A stretch of DNA of 62,515 nt, the filler included, from Nemertoderma westbladi (taxonomy: Eukaryota; Animalia; Xenacoelomorpha): NCBI GenBank assembly GCA_032718475.1. It is 3 parts of 3 records of this genome, joined end to end, with 100 filler letters (N's around TTAATTAATTAA, not from the genome) between each part and the next. Parts side by side here need not be neighbours in the genome. Positions count along the whole stretch, not along the records: positions 22,578 to 53,183 come from JAUCBJ010004866.1; 2 more parts are not named here. One strand, written 5' to 3'. Every line of letters starts with the position of its first letter. Positions within the stretch are counted from its first letter, which is position 1. The notes below the pieces were generated by a model that saw nothing but the letters and a program-made list of their open reading frames with translations, had not been told where the DNA came from and searched no databases. The translations under genes and the position numbers were made by a program. Shown in pieces: positions 23,122-36,806 of this stretch.

Positions 23122-24767
23122 TATATATAGTTAATATTATTAAACTATCAACTATACCATCAGACCATGGCATGACCGATGACCGCAATACTCAATTCAG
23201 CAATTAGATAATATGTAAGGTAAAGTAAGGTTAATTACTTTATTAGGTAATATGTAAGGTTAATTACTTTATTGGCTAATATGTTATGTAAGTTTATTAC
23301 TTTATTATGTAATATGTATAAGGTTAATTGCCATCCATGTATTTAGATTATTCAATTATGAATCTTTTCATAAGCCATGTGCCATGTCACAATGTCTATT
23401 GTCTATTAGTAGCAGCCAGCTTATGGCTTACTTATGAGAGAGGAAAAGTTACATCCAACTGTCCAAAGCACAAACAGATAACGCTGCATAATTTAACACA
23501 TTTTAAACTTTAACACAAAATCAACTTATTATTACAACTTACAAACTTAACGTAAGGTTAATTCAGCATCTACAGTTCACAGTTGTAATCCAGGCCCAGC
23601 ACCAAGCACCAAGGGGCGCCTCTATTTCAGTTATACGACCCAACCTCCCACAGAGCGGCTACATCACAAGAACACCTGCAAGCATTGCGGCTATATCACA
23701 AGAAAATCTGTCAAGCATTGCGGCTACATCACAAGAAAGTCTGTCAATCATTTATCAGAGCTGGAGAGGGTTAACTCCTTCAAATCATACTGAACAAAGC
23801 AGCCCGATAACGGAACTCCAATTGGCCAGCCAGTTGATATCCAGACCAGCCAGGTGCGGGCTGGTGTTTCTATGAACTGGCTGGAAAAAAGTGAGATTTC
23901 ATCTGGCTGCACAAAACCTCTAACTGGCTGACTGTACCTTACTGTATTTATATTGTTACTTTTATTAATTATATTGTGTTGTATTGTATTTATACAAGAG
24001 CACTAGGCCTATGCCTACTATTACTGTATTGGTCCTACTCTGTCTCTGTCATGGCTTAATTTAATTTCCTCGAGGTCGGTAAACTGATCGAGACTGGACT
24101 GACTGGAGGAGTGTGTTATTGAATTTGCGCTATTGGGGAGCTTCTCTCCCAACCCTTTCTGCCTTTCCAGGTTGTGCTGCACAATCCAAAGTTGTGCTTG
24201 TAATATTATTATTACATAATACCGGTACATTACCGTATTACTTATTTCTGCGTTGGCAGTTCTGCAGTTTCAGAGTTTGCACCAATACTGCAGTAGGCCC
24301 TACCGCAAAAATCGACAATAGGAGTAGGCTACTGTCGCTGTCAGCCTGTACTGCAGTACAGAAGTAGGCCTATTGGCTGGCCGTTTCGTTTGGCTGATTT
24401 TTAGCAAGTCGTAGGACTTGATTAGAATGATTACTGTAAGAATTTCTCGTGGCTGGCTGACTGGCTGGCTAACTGACTGATCTACAGCCAAAACTACTCT
24501 AACGATTTTGATGAAATTTTCACAGCGGCTAGATACCGCGATTCTAAGGTCCCTGGTATGTTCCGCTATTTCGTCCATGAGCCATGGGCTCGAAAAATAG
24601 ACATAAACGAAAAAACGCCATATAGGCGCAATGGTAAAATAACACCAATGACAGCTTGTTGATGGAATTTACATTTGATTGATGACTTCCGACTTGCTTA
24701 ACGGCGTCTTGACGCCGTCTCTAGTTGGTATTTTATAATTATATTATACCATACTGTATTTCGCATG

Positions 24768-25094
24768 TAATAATAATAATAATAATAATAATAATACACT
24801 CTTTTATTAATCATTAAACAGATAAAAATTAATTAAAAGGGAGAACATCACCCAGGTTACATGGACACTTACAGGCAACAATTGCACTTAAAAATATCTT
24901 TAAATTAAAAGACTAAAATACATGTTTCTTATATATAGTAAAAATTACTAAATCCAAATCTATCAAAACTACAATAAGGTAAAAGATCTACTTTTTTTAA
25001 CAAGTTCTTAAAAACATTAATATTGACTGCCATAACTACGTCTGATGGTAAATCGTTCCATACACTTTACTACACGGTTTGAATAGAAATACTG
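24768..25094 (-). mobile_element. CR1-type LINE 3' fragment with (TTA)n tail
   Basis: Minus strand QYFYSNRVVK/WNDLPSDVVMAVNINVFKNLL matches the CR1 ORF2 C-terminal motif. Ends in a microsatellite at 24768-24796. Confidence 0.75.
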
Positions 25095-25301
25095 TATTAC
25101 TGTATATGTATGCCGAGCTGAAGTGCATCAATTGTCAATTGCAATTACAATTACAAACCATAGTCTGCCAGTGTTTTGGACCTTGCCATTGGTAAAAAGG
25201 GCCAATTCCTCAAAATTTCTTAGATTAGAGCCTCATCATGACTAAGGGTTAGGGTTACAAGACAGTTTTAATTAGCGTTTCGGGACGCCATTTCCCTTTG
25301 A

Positions 25302-26331
25302 CGGTGTTGACGGTGACACAGAACCATTTGAAGTGTTATGGGGCGTCCTCCAAGGAGACACACTTGCACCATTCTTGTTCATTATTGTGGTTGACTATGT
25401 TCTACGCATGTCCTTAGATCATCATAATGATGATGGGGTGATAATAACTCCACCTACTGGCTCCAGAAGTCGAGGAAATCCTGCCAAGTACCTAACTGAT
25501 CTAGACTTTGCTGATGACTTAGGTGTACTCTCAGAATCATTAGATGGAGCCCAGCGGCTCCTCAGCTCATTAGAACATGCTGCTTCTAGTGTTGGTCTTT
25601 TTATTAACTCCAGAAAGACCAAAATTCTGACAGTTAACTTTGAAAGTCCTCAGCAAGTCTCTGATCGGATGAGCATAAGCTCAAAGGATGGTATGCTTGA
25701 GCATGTGGACGCCGCGACTTCTGTTACCTGGGATCATGGATCCGGAAGTCAGGTGAGGACCTTCGAATACGTAAGGGAAAGGCATGGGCAGCCTTGAATA
25801 GGCTTTCCAGGATTTGGAAGTCACCTAGAATTAATCGGAAACTTAAGGTCCGATTATTTAGAGCAGCAGTAGTTCCAGTACTCCTCTACGGGAGTCCATG
25901 CTGGGCTCTAACTGCTGAGGACACCAAATCTCTGGATGGCACATTCACAAGAATGCTACGCCGGGTACATTGTGTCAAGTACAATGCACACATCTCCAAC
26001 CAGACACTATATAACATTGGAGGTGTCTCATTGGTTCCCCCAAGCTTGACACTAGAACAAAATCGCCTCCGCTTTGCAGGACATTGCTTTCGCCGTGAGG
26101 ACCAGCCAGTGCATAATCTTGTACTTTGGCAGCCTCATGGAGTGAATAAGCATGGTGGACAGCCCATGACTTTCTTGAGACGCATCTTAAAGGACACTGG
26201 CCTTAAAGATGCGGATGATCTAGCAAATGTCATGGGTGATAGGGAGTTGTGGCGGTGCAATTTTGTTGACAAGCCGGCACAGCATTCTTAAAAATGCAGC
26301 TGCAATGCAGCATGCCGATCCTAGTAGTAGT
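25302..26331 (+). mobile_element. 5'-truncated RTE-clade LINE (family A)
   Basis: GVLQGDTLAPFLF, DLDFADD, PVLLYGS, RLRFAGHC. Ends in CCTAG(TAG)n. 12-bp TSD ATTTCCCTTTGA (25290-25301 / 26332-26343). Confidence 0.95.
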
Positions 26332-28704
26332 ATTTCCCTTTGAACATTATGGTTTTGGCGGTTTGGATTGTGGCGGGGGGCATTCCGCGCGGAGGGGTGG
26401 GTATTTTCGCAGGTGACGGGATCAATATGCGCTAAAACCCATGCATTGATCAGGAATAATACATATCTGCTGTAAGTCCAAAGATTGTTGGACTAGCCTA
26501 GTTAGTGGAGTATCAAGTCCAGGAATGGAAACAAATTATGCAACAATATTGCTGGAATGTGGTCAGGTCCAGGTGGCTTTCCATGTTTCAGCTTCGAAAG
26601 TTTATGAACACCTCTTGGGATTCAAAGACATACTGTATGGTTGAGAGTATTATGGATGGGCCTGTCATTCTGTTCACTGTCAGACTGTTACGTTTATCCT
26701 TCCGCGTTCAGCACAGAAAATAAATGTTTTCAATATGGATTGTATTCCTTGACCTTTAGATATTATAAACACTTTTTATCGCGTTATGTATATCCATCAC
26801 ATCACTGCACTGCACTGGGCGGGTTACCTTACTTTAACTTAACCGCTTTGTTTTGTAGAGAACGGGCAGTAAATTCTTTGGTCTTTGTGTTTTGTGTACC
26901 CGGCAGATGGGCGTAGTGCCAGTGGCACCTGATGCTGATGCATTTTGATTTGGACGGTAGATTTTCGCTGGCGCACTTCAATTTATAGAGTTTATAGCGT
27001 TGGCGCGGCGCTCCTTCAAATATTACGGTACCTGGCGCGGCTCGATTTTCATAATGTCTGGCTGGAGCACTCTCCACTCTCACTTTTTGTAAAGATTCCA
27101 CTAGGGGTTGGGCTGATTTGATTCAGACCTATGATTTCTGGGGATGTTACTGTATTTCCTGAAGTACTGTATATTTATGCACATTTAAGTACTGTACGCG
27201 AACCAACAGTAGGGGTAATAGTAGATACAAAGGTTGCATTAAAAAGGTTGGCTTTCTTGGTGGTATCAGTGAAGTTGTTGCTCTGAGAGTCCTTCATTGC
27301 AGGTATGGCTGACGCTCGATTAAATTGTAATGTGGTCTAGTGTCAGAATTTTTGTATTTTTTCATGTATAGTAAATTGATCCAGACAGCAGAGAATCATG
27401 CTGATTGTCTATTGTATCGCTAGTTTGTTTCTAATATGATGAGCAAGATGGAACAGCGACGATGGGCGACTCCAGTCCCTAACCTGTAATGACTTCGCTA
27501 TTATATCTAGAGATTAGTTTGATTTCTAATGAGTTTCTCGTAATTGTTTATACAGTACTACAGTCCTATATTTTCTCGGTACCTTTTCTTGGTACTTTTC
27601 TTGGGACTATCTTGTTTAAAATTCTCAACGAAGAATTTTAAAAGTGAAATTAGCTGGATTTACACCGATCGTAAAGTAAGTAAAGCGATCGTTACCAACG
27701 ATCGCTGCACCAGGTATCTACAAAATTAAATTAGTTTGGGATTGTTGCCGGTACGTGAAAAATAAAAAAAAACATTATTTGATGATTACAATGAAGGATT
27801 TTAGAAAAAATGTTCTAAAAAAATCGACTTGTTATTGAACAATAATTTATTTTTAATTAATAGCTGACATTAATTACCTTTTCAAAACAATTTGAAAAAA
27901 TGTACAGTATGTAGGCCTATGTACTATCAACATGCTTGAGCTCAATTGAAGAGAAAATCGATCAATTAAATTATCACAATAACCACCTGTTGGCGACAAA
28001 TGTACAGTATAGTGTCGATATAAATATCTCATAAATTATGTATTTTTCTTAATGATAATTGTTTGGTCGTATACTGCGGGAATAACATACTGTATTGATG
28101 AGATCCGACATTATACTACTGTAGTATTATATTGTAGGCCTACATTTACATAAGTTTACATGATGGTAATGCCATGCGTTATTATCCTTTTGTGTACGTA
28201 ATAATTCGCGATGTGGTTATTAAAAAATTTATTGTAATTGTATTCGAAACCACAAGTTAAGAATGCCTCCGGCTATCAATTACGGGTACCTTCACACAGC
28301 TGCTCATGAATTCCGGCCGTGAACTGTAGGTCTGTGACCTTAGCCATCATAACAATAAACTCCAACATTTAGATATAAATGTCATTTAGAAATTCCCAGT
28401 CGGATAGCACAGCTAAGGAGGAGGCAGTTATACCGTGAATCATGTTAATCACAAACATACCGTACTGTTAATTTAGTAGACTGGGGTTAATCATTATAAC
28501 TAGGCCTACTCTACAGTAGGTGGTTATGTCAAATTAGGGTTATCCAACTGGTCGCCTGATAAATGCCATGAATTTCGAGAATGTTAATCAATTTATGATC
28601 AATAATTTCCTGGCAAAGCTAAAAATCAATAATATTTCGTTATTAGAGCTACAAATGTTCTGTGTCAATTTTATGATTGCTAAGCTGTGATTTATAAATT
28701 ACAG

Positions 28705-31700
28705 CAAACCCAGGACAAGCAAGCAAATCAACTATGACTGGGAGATACTCAGAACTGACAATGCAGTAAAGGATGCTTACACAGTAGAAGTTCAAAACCG
28801 CTTTGAAGCACTTCAGTCAATGGATGAAGACCATTCCACCGATTCAATATACCAGAATATAATAAAAGCCCACAAGGAATCAGCTAAGAGGCATATCCCC
28901 CAGAAACCCAAACGAAAACAATATGTGCCATGGCAAAACTCTGAAGTTACTTGTAAGAGAGAAGATCTTAAGATAGCCTACAAAGTTAAAACCGAACAAC
29001 CAACAACAGAAAATATTAACAAGGTTGAGAAAGCTAAGGACGATCTCAAAATTGGCCTACAACATCAGCCAGAAAAAGAACATACAGGATAAAATTGAAG
29101 CAATTACAACTGCTCACATACAGCAGCAATCAAGACTTACGTGGCAAACTGTAAATGAGGTATCTGGTCGTAAAAGTTGTGCAAAGGGGCGCCTCGAAGC
29201 CGATAGTCCTGAAGAACGTGTTGGGAAGTGGAAAAATCACTTCAGCAACTTGCTTGGGCAGCCGGAAGCAGGACAATTCGGTCCTGGACAATTCGGTCCG
29301 GACAATTCGGTCCCAGACAATTCGGTCCCGGACAATTCGGTCCCATTAATTTTGTGTTTTGGGACCGAATTGTCCGGGACCGAATTGTCCGGGACCGAAT
29401 TGTCCGGGACCGAATTGTCCGGATACTGACTAGGACAATTCGGTCCCAAAACATGCATATTAATGGGAATGTGTTGTTGGTTGGTTAACAAGCCTAAATT
29501 ATTATCTTAATTGTTTGTAATTAATATAATCAGCAACAGTTTAGGGCTAATTCTGAAATATCAATGTTTTCACAAGATTTTTTATAATTTCAGTGAAATG
29601 CTAGCTAGTAAAAAAAACACTAGCTACACCTTAATAAATAATATATAATAATGTTCTCAACACTTACCAATAACAAAAATTAAAAAAAGTACAGTATTTT
29701 TAAAATTTAAAAAAATTATAGCAAATAGTAAATAACAGTAGCTACCATAAAAAATATCTCTACTAAAGTTCTACATTCAACAATATCAAAAAAGCACTAA
29801 AAAGCTGCTATCAGGAACTGGACAATTCGGTCCCGGACAATTCGGTCCCGGACAATTCGGTCCCGGACTATTCGGTCCCGGATAATTCGGTCCCGGACAA
29901 TTCGGTCCCGGACAATTCGGTCCCGGACAATTCGGTCCCGGACAATTCGGTCCTAGGACAATTCGGTCCTAGGACAATTCGGTCCCGGACAATTCGGTCC
30001 CGGACAATTCGGTCCCATTATTTTAGTGTTTTGGGACCGAATTGTCCGGGACCGAATTGTCCGGGACCGAATTGTCCGGGACCCGAATTGTCCGGGCCGA
30101 ATTGTCCTACATCCGGGCAGCCACCAAACATCGAGGCCAGACCTATATACAAGGAAAATATATGACAAGAAACAGGGGACTTCACCTATAGAAACAGGGG
30201 GTTTCACACCTGCCGAACTCCAAAGAAGCATTACAAGCATGTCTAATAATAAAGCGAGTGGATTAGATGAAATCCCAGCAGAGGTATGGAAAACAGGTGT
30301 GCTAAACAGACCATTATTGAATGTTTACAACCGGATGTTAAAAGGGGAAAAGCCACCACCAATTTGGACTAAAGGTCAACTAAAGTCTCTCCCCAAGGAA
30401 GGAGACCTCGGTATACCAACAACTATCGTGGGATCTGTCTGCTTGTGGTAGCTGCCAAAATATACAATAAAATGATTCTATATAGGATTGGGCCTCACAT
30501 AGAGAAACTACTGCGTTAAGAGCCAAAATGGATTTCGACCAAATACTGTAGATCAACAATAGCTCAGATACTTGCACTACAGAGACTGACTGAAGGAATT
30601 AAGTGAAAGAATCTCCCCGCAGTCATGACATTTGTGGACTTCAAGAAGGCATTCGACTCCATCCATAGAGGTAAAATACTTGAAATCCTAAGAGCTTATG
30701 GAATACCAGAATTAATTGTTGATGGCATTGGATTGTTATATTGTGACACAGAAGCACAGGTACTCTCACCAGATGGTGAAACTGAATTTTCTCAATCCTG
30801 GCTGGTGTACTGCAAAGTGACACATTAGCACCATTACTATTTGTAATTGTACTGGATTACACAATTTGTCCTGGCCACAAAGGGTGAAGATCTGGGATTC
30901 ACACTTCAAGAATGCAGAAGTAGTAGATATCCGGCAACTACAGTCACAGACACCGACTTTGCGGATGACATCGCCCTGCTCTGTAATACGCTAGCAGATG
31001 CACGAGCTTCTACTAAATAAAGTGGAGAGGGCTGCTAAGGAGGTTGGATTGCGTATAAATGTTACCAAGACCGAATTCATGACTTTTAATGTTTGATGGG
31101 AAACTTGACAACCATTGATAATAATCAACTAAGGAAGGTCGACGACTTCCAGTACCTTGGCTCATGGATAGAGAGTAGCAAAAAGGACATAGAAGTTAGG
31201 AAAGCAAAGGCTTGGGTAGCTCTATCAAAAATGGATACCATCTGGAAATCAGATCTCCCCAGGCACCTGAAGACTAAGTTCTTTCGAGCCATAGTGGAAA
31301 GTGTATTTTTATACGGGGGTGAGATCTGGACACTGACTAAATCACTTGAACAACGAATTGATGGTTGCTACACAAGACTACTAAGGGCAGCCCTAAACAT
31401 CAGCTGGAGACAACACATGACAAACGCCGAGCTTTATTGTACAATACCACCTGTATCAACCACCCTCCATGAACGCAGATTAAGATTCAGTGGGCACTGC
31501 TGGCGAGTAAAGACGAGGTCATACCAGATCTACTTTTCTGGCAACCAACTCATGGAAAGCGTAGTCGTGGACGACCGGCCATAACTTATATAGATCAACT
31601 TGAAAGGGATACTGAACTTAGGAGAAACGAAATTGCGACAATTATGGAGAATCAGGAAGCCTGGAAGGATCTCATTTCCACTGTCCGAGTTCGCTCGACC

Positions 31701-31712
31701 TAGTAGTAGTAG
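28705..31712 (+). mobile_element. 5'-truncated, degraded RTE-clade LINE (family B), interrupted by a MITE
   Basis: KASGLDEIPAEVWK, FVDFKKAFDSIHR, DTDFADD, VFLYGGEIW, RLRFSGHC. Ends in CCTAG(TAG)n. 12-bp TSD TATAAATTACAG (28693-28704 / 31713-31724). Confidence 0.93.
29264..30114. mobile_element. Non-autonomous foldback-like MITE built from the 15-bp repeat GGACAATTCGGTCCC
   Basis: TIRs GGAAGCAGGACAATTCGG / GGATGTAGGACAATTCGG. 8-bp TSD GGGCAGCC (29256-29263 / 30115-30122). Removing it restores the RTE frame NLLGQP-PNIE. Confidence 0.92.
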
Positions 31713-34249
31713 TATAAATTACAGTAAATACAATTTATTATTAACAAATTTAAAAAAAAATCCAAAAACAAATAGCATCTTATATTTTGCTTTGCATTTG
31801 TATTTCCAAATGTGCGGTGGGCCTAATTTGCATCCATTTCTATTAATTGTAATACTGTAGATCAATATTATAACGACGCCTACGGTATGGTGGTAAGGCT
31901 ACTCACTACACTACGGGATTACAACTACAATTCAGTAGTTTAATTTAATCATAATGTATATTTACATGTAACAGTGATTCGCAAACATATACTGCTAGGC
32001 TCGGCTACCAACCAATATTGTACATAATTAAAAGACAAAACAGCTGTTTCTTAGGTATTTTATTCAAACACATTCTATGGGCAATTGGTTAATGGATAAT
32101 ATTTTAGTAAAATTCCATTAAAGAATTAAATTGACTTTTTTCGTATGTAAATGTCCCAACGTAAGTTAACATACAAACTCAAAGCGACATCTTCCATTAC
32201 TCTATTCAACTGACAACATTCATTTTAGTCAATTTAATTTTGGGGGTAGTAATGAATCGTCGACCTCTGTAGATTGCCTGCCTCGAGGGTCAGTTACTTG
32301 ACCTTTCATGCTCTACAGTAGTGCCATCCAGAGCATTTTTATGTAGGCTTAAACTGAACACTTTAATTGCAAGTAAAATCACTTGGGATGTAAAATGGTA
32401 GAATATGCTAGTGTAATGGGCTCAGCAGATTTCAAATACTTCCATCCCCAAGAAATTGATATTTCTTAGATTCCATTGTCACTTGTTTAGAGTGCTCATA
32501 ATAAAACTTTGATTTGTTTACTAAACGTTCGTTATTAGTAACTAACTATAAAGATATCAGTTGTTTTTATTAAATATACAGTTTGATTGATTGTTTAAGA
32601 TAAAATAAGATAAGATATTTTATTTAATAAGAAGAGAGAGAGATATCTCAACTATGCTAAAACAGCGCACATATAATATTATAAATTCACAAGTAAAAAT
32701 ACGCTCGAAATCAATAGATCAAAACATAGAGCAATGCGACTAATGTTTTAGTACTAAATTTGATTTCATCCCTTTAGCGCCGAATTAAGTTTTTGGGGTC
32801 TTAGACTAAGATAAATGAGGGACATTGTATTGACTCTATTAGGCAGGAGTCCTGCTGCGGCGGTCACCCATCCTGGTAGGCTGGAGTCAGGCTGTAAGTT
32901 ACAAAGTTTTACTAATAATTTCCCTTCATTAACATGAAGTGACTGTATCCTGATCTTGGTCATTGATTACAGAAACCTGCTATGTCATTTTGAATTACAT
33001 CTTTATTCAATAAATGTGAAATCGTGTTTGATAATTTCATATTTGTATCGGTATTTTATTTATCAGAATAGGCCTATGATTCGTTTAGAGTGCTGCTTGT
33101 CACCTTCAATAATATTTATAGTTTTAGAATATTATAAAATGGAATAAGGTATAATGTAGACTAGTGGTCTGAATACAACTGAAACCATACTGTAGTTAAC
33201 AGGCATGGCAACCTTTAATACATTCAAAATTGTTGTATCACTTATAGTTGTGATATTTGATAAGCACAGTAGTAAATACTACCTAACCGGTGGTTGGCAG
33301 TGTAAATATGTAGAAACTGAAAACTACAGTATACTGGCCATACCATAGTGGTCATAACGACCATATTTTATGTTGTCGTTATTTAATGACCAGTAAGCAA
33401 ACAGCAGGCCTTCGTTATGAGTCTGGTCTGGTTTTTTGTTTTCTCCTATGGGTTTTGCCCCTGACCAGACATTTCCGAAAATTCGAATTAACATATATTT
33501 ATTAGGGTGTAGTGAAAAATGCAAATTTTATCTAAACACTTAGCAACTTTCAGGGATGATGAGGTTCAGGGAGTAGTAAAAAAATGTAAAATATTAAATC
33601 GTTCTGAAAAGTGGAACATGTGACACCAGTGACGTAATTTTTGGCAGATAAAATATAATTTTTGACAAATTTCATAAAAATGTGAGGGACATGTGTGAAT
33701 TTGGCATGACAGCAACAGAACACAAAAAAAGTTATTAGAAGTGGCTTAAGTTGATATGAGGTCAATACTAAATAATCTGTGATACATTAATGTTTTAATC
33801 TGGTTGCTATGGAAACACGAGAGCAAGAAATTCGAAATATAATACTCAATTATTATACTGTACTCTAGTTGGAAGGATGGGCGTAGGTGTGTTTGATATT
33901 ATTAAGTGGGCGACTATGTGCCAAGTTACTAATGTTTTGTTTAGGCTGGTCGCTATAGCAATGCAATATTCTAGAATGTATTATATTGTTAGCCTGTAGC
34001 TATATTATTTTACATAAGGTTCAATTCAGTAGGCTTACTGGCAAACACGGTATCGGTAGTTTATCTAACCCTACTCTACTCCTAATCTGTTCCTATTCTT
34101 CCTAATTATGTTGAAGATTACTGTAATCTCAGACGTACCTCCTGCAGTTTTACTTGAACTATTGAACTTTATCTACAGTACTTTATGTACAGTACTTTTG
34201 TATTTTATGCACTGTACGTTTTTTATGTTAAGTTTTTGTTTTACTTTAA

Positions 34250-34461
34250 GTCCCCCCTCACACGGAGCAACTTGTTTCTGCAACTTCGTTCTGAAACTTG
34301 TTGCTGGACCCCCTCACACACAGAAACAAGTTGCAGAAACTTGTGTCTGGAGTCCTCACACACGGAAACAAGTTTCGAAAACAACTTGCAGCTAAAGTTT
34401 CCGTGTGTGAGGGGGTCCAGCAACAAGTTTCAGAAACAAGTTGCTCCGTGTGAGGAGGGCC
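34250..34461. mobile_element. Tourist/PIF-Harbinger-like MITE (212 bp) nested in the hAT element
   Basis: 31-bp TIRs G(T/G)CCC(C/T)CCTCACACGGAGCAACTTGTTTCTG and TSD TAA (34247-34249 / 34462-34464). Confidence 0.88.
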
Positions 34462-34576
34462 TAAGTACTGTACTTTATGTATATGTACTGTACTTAATGT
34501 ACAGTAGGCCTACTGTACTTTATGTACTGTAGTATTTGCATTTTAGTATAATTTTATGCAGTAATATTCATAGATC

Positions 34577-36806
34577 ATGGCGGCAAAGAACACCACGCAA
34601 TCTGATAACCGAATATATGGAAACCCATGTGAGCTGCCTGAGAATCAACTGCCAACACTTGGTGATATGTTGCGATTCTGCCAACTTGTGAAACGAGACC
34701 ACAAGGTCAACAGTGGATGTAAACAGGAACTGGGACTGCGTAAAATGGCTGAGATTGTAGCTACAGATATACTTAGAGTCTATGAAAGAGCAACAATTCA
34801 AGTGATTTCATTTGAAGGAGTGGTAAAGAAGATATTGCATGAATGGCATGGGTTACGGGTAAAGATTGAGACAGTAGCACCTGCTCGTCAAGCTAAGCCA
34901 TTCTACATAGCGAGAGTTGCGGAATTCAAGGTTAATTTCAATAAACTTTTTGACATCATATCATACAAGGACCTATGTGCTGAAGAAGTAGACTTTGTGG
35001 GCGATCAGCGAAGTGAAAGAATAATGTATATTGGAGGGATAGATGGAATTGCGGCCATTAAAGCCAGGAAGAAGGAAAGGAGAGAATCTGACAAACAGCA
35101 ACAGATGACTAAGGAGAAAGAGCGTATTCAAAAGGAAGATGGCATTGATCTTGACATGGAACCTGAAGATATTGGCCAACTGCCAGTCGAAGTATCAAAT
35201 TCACCTTGCAGTGATATTTATGTGCCAGAAACATCATCCAGTAAGGTAGGATCTGTTCAAAATCGTATGAAACTGCCTACTGTATCATCACATGAAGCAG
35301 ACAGATATGGGGTGTCTGATAGAGTTGCTGCTGCCATTGCTACTGCTACATTGCAGGATACGATGCCAGGATTTAATACCAAACAAGTGATTGACCACCA
35401 CAAAATTCGTCGAAGTCGTAAAAGATTGAGGATGGATGTCATAATGGAAAACAATTGTCATTCAATATCGGGACTCTACTTCGATGGCAAAAAGGACCAA
35501 ACGTTGGAAAGGGATAGTAAAACGGGCCATGTGCACGCTGTTATCCAGGACCATTTTGTGATTGTTCAAGAACCCGAAGGCAAATACATTGGCCATGTCA
35601 GTCCAAAATCTGGTTGTTCTAGAGACATTCTGAATTCGATTCTTCTAAAGCTTGAAGACAAAGATATTGCATTGAATGATCTTAAGGTAGTTGGCTGCGA
35701 TGGCACTAATGTCAATGTTGGCCATCTGGCTGGTATAATTCGACAACTAGAAGAGGTAGACAAGCAGCCACTTCAGTGGTCAATTTGTCTGCTTCACCTG
35801 AATGAGTTGCCATTGCGTCACATATTCATCAAGCTGGATGGTGAAACATCAGGTCCTACAGCCTACAAAGGGGTTATTGGCAAACGTATCAACTCATTGC
35901 CTGCACTAACAACCCTTGAGATTATTGATTTTGTCCCAACTCACTCTCAGAATTTCAAACTCTTGGATGAAGATGCTATTGTTACTCTCAGCACTGATCA
36001 AAAGTATTTATATATGATCACGCAGGCAATCATTGAAGGTAAATGCCCAGATCATGTTGCAAGTGTCGACCCAGGACGATTATCATATTACCGATGGCTG
36101 ACCACAGCTGATCGAGTCTGTCGCCTCTATGTCAGTACTCTTCAGCCAAGTAATGAACTCAAGCTGCTTACATCATACATTATTAGTGTCTATTCACCCC
36201 TTTGGTTTCAAATAAAACAGAAAAGCTGTCTCCAAGATGCTTCAAACAACTTCTTCTCGCTTGTTTCCTGGACAAGACACCTTGAAGATGACATAAAGGC
36301 CATCATTGATCCTGTTATCAAACGTAATGCATATGCTGCACATCCTGAAAATATACTATTTGCCATGATTATTGATAAGTATAGAATGATCCGTGAGCTG
36401 GGTGTACGCCGCATTTTGAAAGCGCGCAGTAATTATACCAAATATAGCATTATCCATCCGGAGTTCGTGAGGGAATTTCACACTCCATCCAACATAAACT
36501 TTAATGCAACTGATTACTATGAACTGATCAATTGGTTTGACCCTTCATTGATGGTCACACCCCCTCCTGTTCTAAGAGATGTGCCTGATGTAGACTTGCT
36601 TTCATTCCTTGACTGCACAAGTGCGAAGTGGTTTGATCTTTCACTATCCTTGTTATACCCAAGGGGTTGAGAGGTTGATCCGAGTGGTTTCAACAGTGTC
36701 AATGGAAGTTATTGGTTCTACTGCATGTGACAATCTGATTCGTTCAAGGATGGCAGGACGAGAACAGCGATCCAAATTCAACACGAAGAAGGATTTTAGT
36801 TTGTGA
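34577..36806 (+). pseudogene. hATm-like DDE transposase: 697-aa ORF plus frameshifted C-terminus (36609-36806)
   Basis: EADRYGVSDR, GLYFDGKKD, GCDGTNVNVG, CLLHLNELPLRH, RWLTTA and AHPENIL are in the main ORF. PCYTQGVER, holding the catalytic Glu, is in another frame after about 36640. Confidence 0.88.

Noticed and set aside
29155-30240. ORFs with pentapeptide repeats (PDNSV, GTELS, RTIRS, DRIVR)
   Set aside because: By-products of a stop-free 15-bp MITE repeat that is open in all frames.
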